The translations under genes were made by a program, and so were the position numbers. 64,000 bases of DNA from an uncultured Pelagibacteraceae bacterium (GTDB lineage: Bacteria > Pseudomonadota > Alphaproteobacteria > Pelagibacterales > AG-422-B15), in assembly GCA_902554325.1 (NCBI GenBank), contig CACDOH010000002.1, forward strand, positions 72,275-136,274. Reading direction: 5' to 3'. Position 1 is the first letter of the stretch. Every line of letters starts with the position of its first letter. The notes under the pieces are model-generated. The model saw nothing but the letters and a program-made list of their open reading frames with translations. It was not told the DNA's origin and ran no database searches. Shown here in pieces: positions 45,237 through 55,441 of the stretch.

Positions 45237-47672
45237 ATGAAGAATAAAGCTAAAGTTGTCGTCATAGGTGGCGGTGTAGTTGGAGTAAGTACGTTATACC
45301 ATCTTGCAAAAAAAGGATGGTCAGATGTCGTTTTATGTGAACGTAAAGAGCTAACTTCAGGTTCAACCTGGCATGCGGCTGGTCTCATGCCTTTATTTAA
45401 TATGAGTTATTCGGTTGGACAAATTCATAAATACTCTGTCAAATTTTATCAAGAGCTTGAAAAAGAAACAGGACAAGATGTTGGTTTTAGGGAGGTTAGC
45501 AATATACGACTGGCTGAGAACCAAGATCGGATGGATGAATATAGGCAATATGCTGGTGTTGCTGAAACTATTGGAGTTAAGGTAAATTTTCTTACACCTG
45601 AAGAAATTCAAAAAGCTTGGCCGCTATGTTCTATTGATGGACTTGTTGGAGCAATACAACATCCTGAAGATGGTTACATTCAACCAAATGATTTAACACA
45701 AGCACTTGCAAAAGGAGCGAGAGCACTTGGAGCAGAAATTTATAGACAAACAACAGTAACGGGCCTAGAGCAATTGCCTGATGACAGTTGGATTGTGACA
45801 ACTGATAAAGGTGAGATTAAGTGTGATGTTGTAGTTTCTTGTTCAGGTAATTTTGTAAGACAAACAGGTGAGATGGTTGGTTTAGACATACCTGTAATCC
45901 CTGTAGAGCATCAGTACATTGTAACAGAAGCGCACCCAAAAATTTTAGAGAGACAAAAAGAAGGCCTTCCTGAAATGGGGGTGTTAAGAGGCTCAGATGG
46001 CGCATGGTATATGCGAGAAGAAGCAGGAGGTCTTATCTTGGGTCCATATGAAAAAGGAGCGCCAGCTTGTTATGTAGATGGTCCCAGCAAAGATTGTGAA
46101 TATGAATTATTTCAAGAGGATCTTGATCGACTAGGCCCACATATTGAGCATGCAATAAATCGAGTCCCAATTTTTGGTGAGGCTGGAATTAAAAAAGTTT
46201 ACAATGGAGCAATTTGTTATACGCCAGATGGAAGTCCTATTATAGGCCCTGCATGGGATAGAAAAAATCTTTATCTGAATGATGGCCATTCATTCGGTGT
46301 TACAGCAGCAGGAGGTGCCGGATGGCAAATAGCAGAATGGATCGTAGACGGCGAACCTACAATTGACATGCTTGGTGTTGAGCCAAGAAGGTTTGGCGAT
46401 TATGCCTCGAAAGCTTATTTAATTAAAAAAAATGAAGAGGCTTACGCTAATGTATTTACTATTCATTATCCTGATGAAGAGAGACCTGCTGGAAGACCAT
46501 TAAGACAAGCGCCATGTTACGATCGATTAAAAAATCTTGGGGCTGTATTTGGACAGAAATTTGGCTGGGAAAGAGCCAATTGGTTTGCACCAGAAGGAGT
46601 TCCTCAAGAGGATGATTGGTCATTTAGGCGCTCTACGTGGTTTGAACACATTGGCAATGAATGTAAGAATGTTTCGGAAAACGTAGGATTGCTTGACATG
46701 AGTGCCTTTGCAAAATGTAGAGTTAGTGGACCAGGTGCCGAAGAGTTTCTTGATAATCTAGTCGCTAATAAACTTCCTAAAAAAATTGGCAGAACAAATT
46801 TATGTCATGCACTAAATACAAAAGGTGGAGTTCATTCAGAATTTACAATAATGAGAGAATCTACAGACAGTTTTTACTGTGTTTCAGCAGGTGCATGGCA
46901 AAGATTAGATCATGATTGGATCAAAAAGCATATGCCAGAAGATAGAAGTGTTAAATTTGAAAATATCACCAATCAAATGGGGGTATTGGTTATTGCAGGC
47001 CCTAAGTCTAGGGAGTTGCTAGAGTGTGTTTCCTCTGATGATTTCAGCAATGAAGCTTTTCCGTGGTTATCGGGTAAAAATATTAAAATTGGCAGTGCTG
47101 AAACATTGGCAATCAGAGTTAACTTTGTGGGTGAACTTGGATGGGAAATACATTCGCCTATTGAAGTTCAAAATCATATTTTTGACGCCTTAATGGATGC
47201 AGGAAAAGACCTGGGATTGAAACCTTTTGGAATTAGAGCCATGGACTCATTAAGATTAGAAAAATCTTATAAGCTAATTGGAACAGAGCTATCAATTGAG
47301 TATGCTGGATACGAGTCAGGCATTGATCGATTTATTCACCCAAATAAAGGCCAATTCATTGGAAGAGATGCGCTTGTTCAATGGAGGGAAAAAGGTTTTG
47401 AAAATTCTTTTGTCACATTAGAAGTACATGGAGTTTCTGATGCTGATGTTTTAGGCAACAATCCTATCTACAGTAATGGAAAAGTTGTAGGTAGAGCGAC
47501 AGGTGGCAATTATGGATTTAGAGTAAACAAATCACTTGCCCTAGCAATGGTCAATCCGGCTCAGTCAGAAGTTGGTACAAAATTACAAATTGATATACTA
47601 GGCAATATGCATGATGTAACAGTTATACCAGAGAGTCCGTATGACCCCAAAAATGAAAAAATAAGAGCATAA
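45237..47672 (+). CDS. dimethylglycine dehydrogenase family flavoprotein (FAD oxidase domain plus GcvT-fold domain)
   Basis: VVVIGGGVVGVSTLYHL; covalent-FAD His context SGSTWHAAGL; C-terminal aminomethyltransferase fold (LLDMSAFAKCRVSGPGAEEF). 811 aa. Confidence 0.9.
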   Translation: MKNKAKVVVIGGGVVGVSTLYHLAKKGWSDVVLCERKELTSGSTWHAAGLMPLFNMSYSVGQIHKYSVKFYQELEKETGQDVGFREVSNIRLAENQDRMDEYRQYAGVAETIGVKVNFLTPEEIQKAWPLCSIDGLVGAIQHPEDGYIQPNDLTQALAKGARALGAEIYRQTTVTGLEQLPDDSWIVTTDKGEIKCDVVVSCSGNFVRQTGEMVGLDIPVIPVEHQYIVTEAHPKILERQKEGLPEMGVLRGSDGAWYMREEAGGLILGPYEKGAPACYVDGPSKDCEYELFQEDLDRLGPHIEHAINRVPIFGEAGIKKVYNGAICYTPDGSPIIGPAWDRKNLYLNDGHSFGVTAAGGAGWQIAEWIVDGEPTIDMLGVEPRRFGDYASKAYLIKKNEEAYANVFTIHYPDEERPAGRPLRQAPCYDRLKNLGAVFGQKFGWERANWFAPEGVPQEDDWSFRRSTWFEHIGNECKNVSENVGLLDMSAFAKCRVSGPGAEEFLDNLVANKLPKKIGRTNLCHALNTKGGVHSEFTIMRESTDSFYCVSAGAWQRLDHDWIKKHMPEDRSVKFENITNQMGVLVIAGPKSRELLECVSSDDFSNEAFPWLSGKNIKIGSAETLAIRVNFVGELGWEIHSPIEVQNHIFDALMDAGKDLGLKPFGIRAMDSLRLEKSYKLIGTELSIEYAGYESGIDRFIHPNKGQFIGRDALVQWREKGFENSFVTLEVHGVSDADVLGNNPIYSNGKVVGRATGGNYGFRVNKSLALAMVNPAQSEVGTKLQIDILGNMHDVTVIPESPYDPKNEKIRA

Positions 47673-47683
47673 ATAAATATTTT

Positions 47684-48736
47684 GTGTCTAGTGCAATCAA
47701 ACTTTACAAGAAAATTTGTTCGGAAGAGCAAGTAAAATATAATCCTAAACAAGAACTCTTAATTTTCCAGCTTGATGAGTTCCTAAGTCACAAGAAAAAG
47801 AATTTTATTTTTAAGATATTCGAAACATCGAATAGCAGAAAAAAGAAATGCTTTTATATTCATGGAGGTGTCGGAGTTGGCAAGACTCTTATTATGGATT
47901 TATTTAATGGTATTGTAAAAAATAAACAAAGAATTCATTTTCATAAATTTATGATTGAAATTCATGATGAATTGCATTCTTTAAGAAGCCAAAATAAGTC
48001 AAAAGAGTTTTTAATAGTCCAGCTTGCAAAAAAAATTAAAGAAAAATATAGATTCATTTTTTTTGATGAATTCCAAGTAACCAATATTGCTGACGCCATG
48101 ATACTTGGACATTTATTTAATGAATTATTTAAAAACAATGTTTACATAATACTAACATCAAATAACAAGCCTGAAGATTTATATAAAGATGGTTTACAAA
48201 GAGAGTTGTTTCTTCCTTTCATAGAAATAGTAAAAGAGAATTCAATTATTCATCATTTAGATATAGAAACAGATTACAGAACAGAAAATTTAAATAGTCG
48301 AGAGACCTTTTTTATTTCTAATTCATCAGTCAGTAGTCTTAAAATAAAAGATATATATGAAAAAATTATAGAAGGTCACATACCAAAGGATGAAACTATA
48401 TCTATAAAAAAAAGAGACTTTGTCATAAGAAAACTAGCGAATCGCGTTGCTTGGTTTCAGTTTGAGCAACTTTGTGGAGGTCATATTGGTGCCGAGGACT
48501 ACCTTGAGATGATTAAGTATACAGATCAAATTATCATTGAGAATGTGCCAATTTTTAATAATGCAAACGCAAATATGCAAGAGAGGTTTATTAACCTGAT
48601 TGATGTACTTTATGATAATAAGATTCAAATCATTATTAGTTCTGTTAAAGAAATTGAAAAGATAGGAAGCGCGTTCTACCTTAAAGATAAGTTTCAAAGA
48701 ACGGTAAGTAGATTAATTGAAATGAGATCTAACTAG
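47684..48736 (+). CDS. zapE: ZapE / AFG1-like ATPase
   Basis: GTG start; Walker A GGVGVGKT; Walker B FFDEFQV; LTSNNKPEDLY. Confidence 0.8.
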   Translation: MSSAIKLYKKICSEEQVKYNPKQELLIFQLDEFLSHKKKNFIFKIFETSNSRKKKCFYIHGGVGVGKTLIMDLFNGIVKNKQRIHFHKFMIEIHDELHSLRSQNKSKEFLIVQLAKKIKEKYRFIFFDEFQVTNIADAMILGHLFNELFKNNVYIILTSNNKPEDLYKDGLQRELFLPFIEIVKENSIIHHLDIETDYRTENLNSRETFFISNSSVSSLKIKDIYEKIIEGHIPKDETISIKKRDFVIRKLANRVAWFQFEQLCGGHIGAEDYLEMIKYTDQIIIENVPIFNNANANMQERFINLIDVLYDNKIQIIISSVKEIEKIGSAFYLKDKFQRTVSRLIEMRSN

Positions 48737-48750
48737 AAATAAATTTTTAT

Positions 48751-49980
48751 ATGAAGATAGCAGTTATAGGCGCAGGAATTGTAGGCATTTCTTCTGCTAA
48801 TTGGTTACAGAAATACGGACAAGATGTTACATTATTTGACATGAATGACCCTGGCAGCCAAGCAAGCTTTGGGAATGCAGGGACCTATGCGAGGTATGCA
48901 AATATTCCTACTAACTCCTCATCATTTTTTTATCTTTTTCCATACCTTCTTTTAAATAAAAACAGTCCTCTTTTTATAAGATTTAAAAGACTTAACAAGA
49001 CTTTGCCTTGGATCCTAAATTACTTATACAACTGTAGAAATAGTAATGTAAATACGACAACAAATAATTTAACAAAGCTTCTTTCTAAAATGGATGATGG
49101 ATATGAAGAATTGTTTAAAGAGGCAGGCGTTGAACCCTATTTGTCAAGAAAAGCTATTATGTACGGATGGTCAACAAAATTATTTTTTAATTCAGCAAAA
49201 AAAGATTTTAGCAAACGTGAACAAACTGGAATTAAGATACAAGTACTTAGTCATGATGAGATCTCAGATTTAGAGCCAAATATAAATAATATATTTTATA
49301 AAGGCGCATTGTTTGAGGGAAGTTATTTTGCTAAAAATCCAAAGAAAGTGAGTCAGTTATTAATTAATTTATTTTTAAATAAGGGGGGAATTTTCAAAAA
49401 AGCAAAAGTAACAAATATTGAAAATCTTGAAAAAAGTAAATTACAAATAACTACAGGCAGTACAAGTGAAGTATTTGATAGGGTTATTATTGCCTCTGGG
49501 GTATGGTCAAAAAGTTTGGTAGAAGCAACGGGTGACAAAGTGCCACTGGAAGCTGAGCGCGGCTACCACATTGTTAACCCTGAACTTAAGGATATTATTT
49601 CACGTCCTATTTCTTGGCAAGAAAGAGGAACGTATTTTACACCTATGGAAGATGGACTCAGAACTGGAGGAATAGTCGAATTTGGCGATACAGATTATGA
49701 AGAAAATCCTAAGGTTATTAATTTTCTAGAAAGGGCGCTTAAATCAATATTCCCTCAGTCTAATCGTCCTACGCAATCCTGGGTTGGCTTTAGACCTTCT
49801 GTTCCAGATTCGCTTCCAGTTATTGGACAATCTTCAAAAAACCCTTATATTTATTATTGTTTTGGTCATCAGCACATTGGATGGTCATTAGGAGGTATAT
49901 CAGGAAAACTGATTGCCCAAAAAATTTGTGCAAATAAAACTGATATTGATTTGGCGCCTTACTCGTTGGAGAGACTTTAA
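48751..49980 (+). CDS. FAD-dependent oxidoreductase (DadA/DAO-like amino acid dehydrogenase)
   Basis: KIAVIGAGIVGISSA, GRCYHI-like ERGYHIV, GFRPSVPDSLPVIG, GHQHIGWSLG. Confidence 0.8.
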   Translation: MKIAVIGAGIVGISSANWLQKYGQDVTLFDMNDPGSQASFGNAGTYARYANIPTNSSSFFYLFPYLLLNKNSPLFIRFKRLNKTLPWILNYLYNCRNSNVNTTTNNLTKLLSKMDDGYEELFKEAGVEPYLSRKAIMYGWSTKLFFNSAKKDFSKREQTGIKIQVLSHDEISDLEPNINNIFYKGALFEGSYFAKNPKKVSQLLINLFLNKGGIFKKAKVTNIENLEKSKLQITTGSTSEVFDRVIIASGVWSKSLVEATGDKVPLEAERGYHIVNPELKDIISRPISWQERGTYFTPMEDGLRTGGIVEFGDTDYEENPKVINFLERALKSIFPQSNRPTQSWVGFRPSVPDSLPVIGQSSKNPYIYYCFGHQHIGWSLGGISGKLIAQKICANKTDIDLAPYSLERL

Positions 49981-49982
49981 AT

Positions 49983-51224
49983 ATGAAATATTCTTTTTAT
50001 AATTTAGTTCGTAACTCATTTTCATATCATGAAAACTGGGAAAAAGCATGGAGTAGTCCAGAGCTTAAACCCGAGTATGATGTCATTATTGTAGGTGGAG
50101 GAGGCCATGGACTTGGTACAGCTTATTACTTAGCTAAAGAATTTGGTGTAAAAAATATTGCTGTTCTAGAAAAAGGTTGGATCGGTGGTGGTAATACAGG
50201 TCGAAATACGACAATTATTCGCTCTAACTATTTATGGGATGAAAGTGCAGCACTTTATAACCATGCAGTTAATTTGTGGGAAGGTCTTTCAAGTGAATTA
50301 AATTTTAATGTAATGTTTTCTCAACGCGGACTATTCCACTTAGCTCATTCAGTTCACGACATGCAAGAAATCACAAGAAGAGGGTATTCAAATTACTTGA
50401 ATGGAATAGATGCTGAGATTTTGAACCAAGAGCAAGTTGCAAAAAAAATTCCCCATATGAATATGCATGGCAGGTATCCTGTATTGGGTGCATTGCTTCA
50501 AAGACGTGCCGGTACCGCAAGACACGATGCTGTTGCTTGGGGATACGCAAGGGCTGCTGAGAATCTAGGGGTTGATATAATTCAAAACTGTGAGGTGAAA
50601 GGAATTGATATTTCAAATGGCAAGGTTGTCGGGCTTCAAACAACAAAAGGTTCAGTGAAGGTTGATAAGGTTGGATTAGTACCTGCTGGACATTCATCTG
50701 TGTTGGCCGACATGGCAGGCTTTACTTTGCCTATTAATTCAGTGCCACTTCAAGCACTTGTAAGCGAGCCGATAAAGCCAATTTTAGATTGTGTCATCAT
50801 GTCAAACTCCGTACATGTTTACGTAAGTCAGTCTGATAAGGGTGAATTGGTTGTCGGTGCAGGTTCTGATGCATATAACTCGTATTCTCAAAGAGGTTCA
50901 TTTGATATGATTGAACATATGATGGCCCCATTAGTTGAACTGTTTCCAATATTTTCACGACTAAAAATGCTAAGAAGCTGGGGAGGCATTGTAGATGTAA
51001 CACCTGACCGAAGTCCAATAATTGGAAAAACTCCGGTGAAAGATTTATTTATTAATTGCGGTTGGGGCACAGGTGGATTTAAAGCCACCCCAGGATCAGC
51101 TCATGTATTTGCGGAAACAGTCGCAAAAGGCGAACCTAACGATATTGCTGCTCCATTTTCATTAGACAGACATTACTCTGGCGCTTTAGTAGACGAAGCC
51201 GCAGCAGCAGCTGTAGCTCACTAA
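49983..51224 (+). CDS. soxB: sarcosine oxidase subunit beta
   Basis: YDVIIVGGGGHGLGTAYYLAKEFGVKNIAVLEKGWIGGGNTGRNTTIIRSNYLWDES is near-canonical heterotetrameric SoxB. Confidence 0.9.
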   Translation: MKYSFYNLVRNSFSYHENWEKAWSSPELKPEYDVIIVGGGGHGLGTAYYLAKEFGVKNIAVLEKGWIGGGNTGRNTTIIRSNYLWDESAALYNHAVNLWEGLSSELNFNVMFSQRGLFHLAHSVHDMQEITRRGYSNYLNGIDAEILNQEQVAKKIPHMNMHGRYPVLGALLQRRAGTARHDAVAWGYARAAENLGVDIIQNCEVKGIDISNGKVVGLQTTKGSVKVDKVGLVPAGHSSVLADMAGFTLPINSVPLQALVSEPIKPILDCVIMSNSVHVYVSQSDKGELVVGAGSDAYNSYSQRGSFDMIEHMMAPLVELFPIFSRLKMLRSWGGIVDVTPDRSPIIGKTPVKDLFINCGWGTGGFKATPGSAHVFAETVAKGEPNDIAAPFSLDRHYSGALVDEAAAAAVAH

Positions 51225-51228
51225 TTGT

Positions 51229-51513
51229 ATGTTTGTTATTAAATGTCCATACTGTGGCGAGAGAGATCAAACTGAATTTGCATGTCATGGCGAAGCGCAT
51301 ATAGCTAGACCAGATAATCCTGCAGAAGTAAGTGATGAGGAATGGGGAGAGTACCTTTTTTTTAGGAATAATCCAAAAGGAATACATTTCGAAAGGTGGA
51401 CACATGATCATGGTTGTAGACGATGGTTCAATGTTATGAGAGATACAGTTAGCGATAAAATAATAAGGACATACAAGATGGGTGATCAAAAACCAGGAGT
51501 TCAAGATGTCTAA
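51229..51513 (+). CDS. soxD: sarcosine oxidase subunit delta
   Basis: MFVIKCPYCGERDQTEFACHGEAHIARP zinc-ribbon N-terminus; 94 aa. Confidence 0.9.
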   Translation: MFVIKCPYCGERDQTEFACHGEAHIARPDNPAEVSDEEWGEYLFFRNNPKGIHFERWTHDHGCRRWFNVMRDTVSDKIIRTYKMGDQKPGVQDV

Positions 51514-54511
51514 TCAAAATAGAACAATGTTCGGTGGTCGAATTGATCGTGGCCAAGTCATCAATTTTGTTTTTAATGGAAAAAACTATAAAGGCTTTCA
51601 TGGTGATACTTTAGCATCAGCATTACTTGCTAACGACGTTCATTTGGTTGGGAGAAGTTTTAAATATCATCGTGCCCGAGGAATCCTAACTGCAGGATCT
51701 GAAGAGCCTAATGCAATAGTCCAGTTAGGTTTAGGCGCAAGAACAGAGCCAAATATGAGAGCGACAGAAATTGAGCTGTACGAAGGTCTCGAAGCAGCTA
51801 GTCAGAATTGTTGGCCATCTGTAAATTATGATGTTGGTTCATTAAATAATATTTTATCAAGTATATTTCCTGCTGGTTTCTACTACAAAACATTTAAGTG
51901 GCCACCAAGTTTGTGGTTATTCTATGAACACTTTATTAGAAAAGCAGCTGGACTAGGGTACTCGCCAACTGCTAAAAACCCTGACCGTTACGAGCAAAAG
52001 TTTTATTATTGTGATTTGACAATCGTAGGTGGAGGAATATCAGGCTTGCTATCTGCACTTGCTGCAGGTCGCTCAGGATGTAGCGTATTACTAATTGATG
52101 AAAATCCTGAACTTGGAGGGTACTTATTAGATTATAATTTTTCAATTAATGAAAAAGATGGTCTTAAATGGATCAAGAATATAGTCGATGAATTGTACTC
52201 AATGGATAATGTTCGTATCTTAAAACGGACTACTGCAATGGGATACTATGATTATAATTATCTTACAGCGTTACAGAAAGTAACTAATCACTGCGATCAA
52301 CTATCAAAAACTACACCGCGAGAAAGATATTGGAGAGTAAGATCAAAAAAAATTGTATTAGCACAAGGCGCTTTTGAAAGACCTCTAGTTTTTGCTGATA
52401 ATGATAGGCCTGGAATAATGATGGCATCCGCTGGAAAGAAGTACTTATCAAGATATGGCGTTCTGCCAGGTAAATCAGTAGTTTTATTCACAAATAATGA
52501 TCATGCCTATCAAACAGCATTCGAGTTTAATGATAAAGGTGCGAAGATATCAGTTATTGATACTAGAGAGAATATTGACATAAGAATTCAAAATAAATGT
52601 GACGACCTTGGAATAAAGTTATATTCGTCTTCTTCAATAATCTCTACAAGTGGAAACAAAAAGGTAAATCAAATAGAAGTTCAGAAAGTTGATAGAAAAC
52701 AAAATGAACTGTCTGGTGAATGTATAACCTTAGATGTTGATTGTATTTTAATGTCAGGTGGATGGAATCCAGCTGTTCAATTGTTTAGTCAATCAAGAGG
52801 GAAATTAAAATACGATAAAGTATTAAATACCTTCGTTCCTGATAAACTAATTCAAGATCAAATAATTATAGGATGTAACAATGGATGTTTTGATCTGTCA
52901 AAAAACTTGAATCATTCTTATCAGGAGGGCCTTAATGCAGCTAAAGATTTAAACTATGAAGTTGCACATAATATTAATTGGAAAGGTGAGGAGGAAATTT
53001 CCTTTACTGAGTCATCAGTCGAGCCTTATATGTTTGGTAAGAAAAAGGTTACAAAGGGTTCAAAGCATTTTATCGATTTTCAAAATGATGTCACGGCTGC
53101 CGATATTTTCTTAGCACAAAGAGAAGGGTATATCAGTGTCGAGCATACTAAAAGATATACAACTACTGGAATGGGAACTGATCAAGGCAAAACTTCAAAT
53201 GTAAATGCACTAGCATTGATGTCTCATATTCACGAAAAACCGGTAGATGAAATAGGGCATACAACATTTAGACCTCCTTTTTCACCTCAAACTTTTGGAG
53301 CAATTGCGGGAAGAAGTGTCGATCATTTATTTGATCCTGAAAGGAGAACTTCAATTCATAAATGGCATGAAGAGAATAATGCTGTTTTTGAGGATGTAGG
53401 TCAGTGGAAAAGACCTTATTATTTCCCCAAGAAGAATGAAAATATTCATGATGCAGTAAAGAGAGAATGTCTAGCGGTAAGGAATAGTCTTGGAATGCTT
53501 GATGCATCCACACTAGGTAAAATTGACTTAAGAGGGCCGGATACGGCAAAATTTTTAAACATGATCTACACAAATGCCTGGTCAAAACTAGAAATCGGCT
53601 CATGCAGGTATGGATTAATGTGCAATGAGCATGGAATGATTTTTGATGACGGGGTAACAACGAGATTAGGTGATGATCACTATCATATGACGACTACGAC
53701 TGGTGGGGCGGCAAGGGTGATGTCATGGCTAGAAGAATTTCTTCAAACAGAATGGTTAGACATGAAGGTTTTTTGCACATCAGTTACTGAGCAATGGACT
53801 GTTCTTTCAATTTCTGGCCCCAATTCAAGAAAATTTCTTCAGGAATTAACAGACATTGATCTATCAAAAGAAAATTTTCCTTTTATGAAATTTAGAGAGG
53901 GAAAAGTGTGCGGCATAGATTCAAGGGTCTTTAGAATAAGTTTCACTGGCGAATTGAGTTTTGAGGTCAATGTACCTTCCCGATACGGTAGATTTGTCTG
54001 GGAGCAGTTTATGCACCACGGTAAAAAATACAACATAACACCATACGGCACTGAAACGATGCATGTTCTCAGGGCTGAAAAAGGATTTATTATTGTGGGA
54101 CAAGATACTGATGGAAGCGTTACTCCTATGGACATGAATATGGACTGGATCGTATCTAAAAAGAAACAAGATTTTTTAGGAAAACGATCATTTACACGAT
54201 CAGATACTTTGCGATCTGATAGAAAAAAATTTGTAGGACTTCTTGTGAATGACAAGAAAACAGTTTTACCTGAGGGGTCGCATATCGTAGAAAAAGCACT
54301 TAAACAACCGCCAATGAAGATGCTTGGCCATGTAACATCAAGTTACTATAGCCCGATCTTGGGTCACCCTATAGCATTGGCAATGATTAAAAATGGCATG
54401 AATCTTCTTGGTGAAAAAGTCGAAATTCCTCTAATGAATGGCAAGGTTATAGAAGCAACAATCTCTGATACAGTTTTTTATGATAAGGAGGGCAATAAAA
54501 ATAATGAATAA
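51506..54511 (+). CDS. soxA: sarcosine oxidase subunit alpha
   Basis: About 1000 aa. N-terminal 2Fe-2S-like fold, NAD(P)-binding IVGGGISGLLSALAA, C-terminal GcvT fold. ATG 51506 overlaps the soxD stop (ATGTCTAA); ORF-track start 51482 is the alternative. Confidence 0.9.
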   Translation: MSNQNRTMFGGRIDRGQVINFVFNGKNYKGFHGDTLASALLANDVHLVGRSFKYHRARGILTAGSEEPNAIVQLGLGARTEPNMRATEIELYEGLEAASQNCWPSVNYDVGSLNNILSSIFPAGFYYKTFKWPPSLWLFYEHFIRKAAGLGYSPTAKNPDRYEQKFYYCDLTIVGGGISGLLSALAAGRSGCSVLLIDENPELGGYLLDYNFSINEKDGLKWIKNIVDELYSMDNVRILKRTTAMGYYDYNYLTALQKVTNHCDQLSKTTPRERYWRVRSKKIVLAQGAFERPLVFADNDRPGIMMASAGKKYLSRYGVLPGKSVVLFTNNDHAYQTAFEFNDKGAKISVIDTRENIDIRIQNKCDDLGIKLYSSSSIISTSGNKKVNQIEVQKVDRKQNELSGECITLDVDCILMSGGWNPAVQLFSQSRGKLKYDKVLNTFVPDKLIQDQIIIGCNNGCFDLSKNLNHSYQEGLNAAKDLNYEVAHNINWKGEEEISFTESSVEPYMFGKKKVTKGSKHFIDFQNDVTAADIFLAQREGYISVEHTKRYTTTGMGTDQGKTSNVNALALMSHIHEKPVDEIGHTTFRPPFSPQTFGAIAGRSVDHLFDPERRTSIHKWHEENNAVFEDVGQWKRPYYFPKKNENIHDAVKRECLAVRNSLGMLDASTLGKIDLRGPDTAKFLNMIYTNAWSKLEIGSCRYGLMCNEHGMIFDDGVTTRLGDDHYHMTTTTGGAARVMSWLEEFLQTEWLDMKVFCTSVTEQWTVLSISGPNSRKFLQELTDIDLSKENFPFMKFREGKVCGIDSRVFRISFTGELSFEVNVPSRYGRFVWEQFMHHGKKYNITPYGTETMHVLRAEKGFIIVGQDTDGSVTPMDMNMDWIVSKKKQDFLGKRSFTRSDTLRSDRKKFVGLLVNDKKTVLPEGSHIVEKALKQPPMKMLGHVTSSYYSPILGHPIALAMIKNGMNLLGEKVEIPLMNGKVIEATISDTVFYDKEGNKNNE

Positions 54512-55085
54512 CGATAAAGAACATTTGTCTCCATTAGTTGATAAAATTGCAATCAACTCAAATAATATATCTCTACAGCAAAATGAATTTATTGGAAAAA
54601 TAAACTTAAGAGTGAAAGAAAACGATCTAAAGGCAAGAGAAGTAATTGAAAATTATTTTGATTATAATCTTCCAAAATCTTCAGGAGAAGTTAGTGGTAA
54701 TGATGAAGGCAGAGTACTATGGCTCGGTCCCAATGAGTATCTAATTCTATGTAGTGATCAAAATAAATCAAATATTATCAATAATTTAAATGAAAATCTT
54801 AAAACATCATTTTATGCTCTCACTGATGTTTCTGATTATTACCTTACAATGAGACTAAGTGGACCCAAAAGCATTGAGGTGCTTAGTAAAGCTTGCCCAC
54901 TTAATTTTGAAAAAAATTTACTGAAAAAAAACTCATGTGCACAATCATATATCAGTAAAGCAACAGTATTGATTGACAGATTATCTGATGAACCTATTTT
55001 CGATATCTCAGTTCGTTGGAGTTTTGCTGAATACTTATGGGATTGGTTGGCAGATTCAAGTAGTGAATTCGTAATCAGTGAGTAG
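54504..55085 (+). CDS. soxG: sarcosine oxidase subunit gamma
   Basis: Position after soxA, about 190 aa, GcvT-like half fold (LWLGPNEYLIL). AAGGAGG (54485-54491) lies 12 nt upstream of ATG 54504. Confidence 0.8.
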   Translation: MNNDKEHLSPLVDKIAINSNNISLQQNEFIGKINLRVKENDLKAREVIENYFDYNLPKSSGEVSGNDEGRVLWLGPNEYLILCSDQNKSNIINNLNENLKTSFYALTDVSDYYLTMRLSGPKSIEVLSKACPLNFEKNLLKKNSCAQSYISKATVLIDRLSDEPIFDISVRWSFAEYLWDWLADSSSEFVISE

Positions 55086-55093
55086 TATTTATT

Positions 55094-55441
55094 ATGAAAA
55101 TTTCGCTAATACTTGCTCTATCCCGATCAATATTGAAAAGATGTCCGCGTTGTGGCAAAGCCAGTATTTATAAAAGATACCTTAAGCTAAGATCAAATTG
55201 TAATCATTGCAATGAGCAGCTCTCAATTTATAGAACTGATGACTTTGGGCCTTGGCTTACAATCATTATTGCTGGCCACATTATTGTCCCGCTCGTTTTA
55301 TTTATTGAACAAGTTTACGCCCCTGATCTTTGGTTGCAAGCTATGACGTGGATTCCATTAACTATAGCAACAGTACTTTTTATACTTCCTGTATCTAAAA
55401 GTATTTGTTTAGCGATACTATGGAATCTAAATGATAAATAA
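55094..55441 (+). CDS. DUF983 family membrane protein (zinc-ribbon plus 2 TM)
   Basis: CPRCGK...CNHCN followed by two TM helices; typical DUF983 layout. Confidence 0.7.
   Translation: MKISLILALSRSILKRCPRCGKASIYKRYLKLRSNCNHCNEQLSIYRTDDFGPWLTIIIAGHIIVPLVLFIEQVYAPDLWLQAMTWIPLTIATVLFILPVSKSICLAILWNLNDK

Noticed and set aside
51482-51505. Upstream alternative starts offered by the ORF track: soxA 51482, soxG 54480, PCuAC 43167, quinone reductase 57332, ferredoxin 15479, DmdA-like 41164.
   Set aside because: In each case the downstream ATG gives the canonical family N-terminus and/or has a better-placed SD or a stop-start overlap. The extension would add non-conserved residues that overlap the upstream gene or a terminator.
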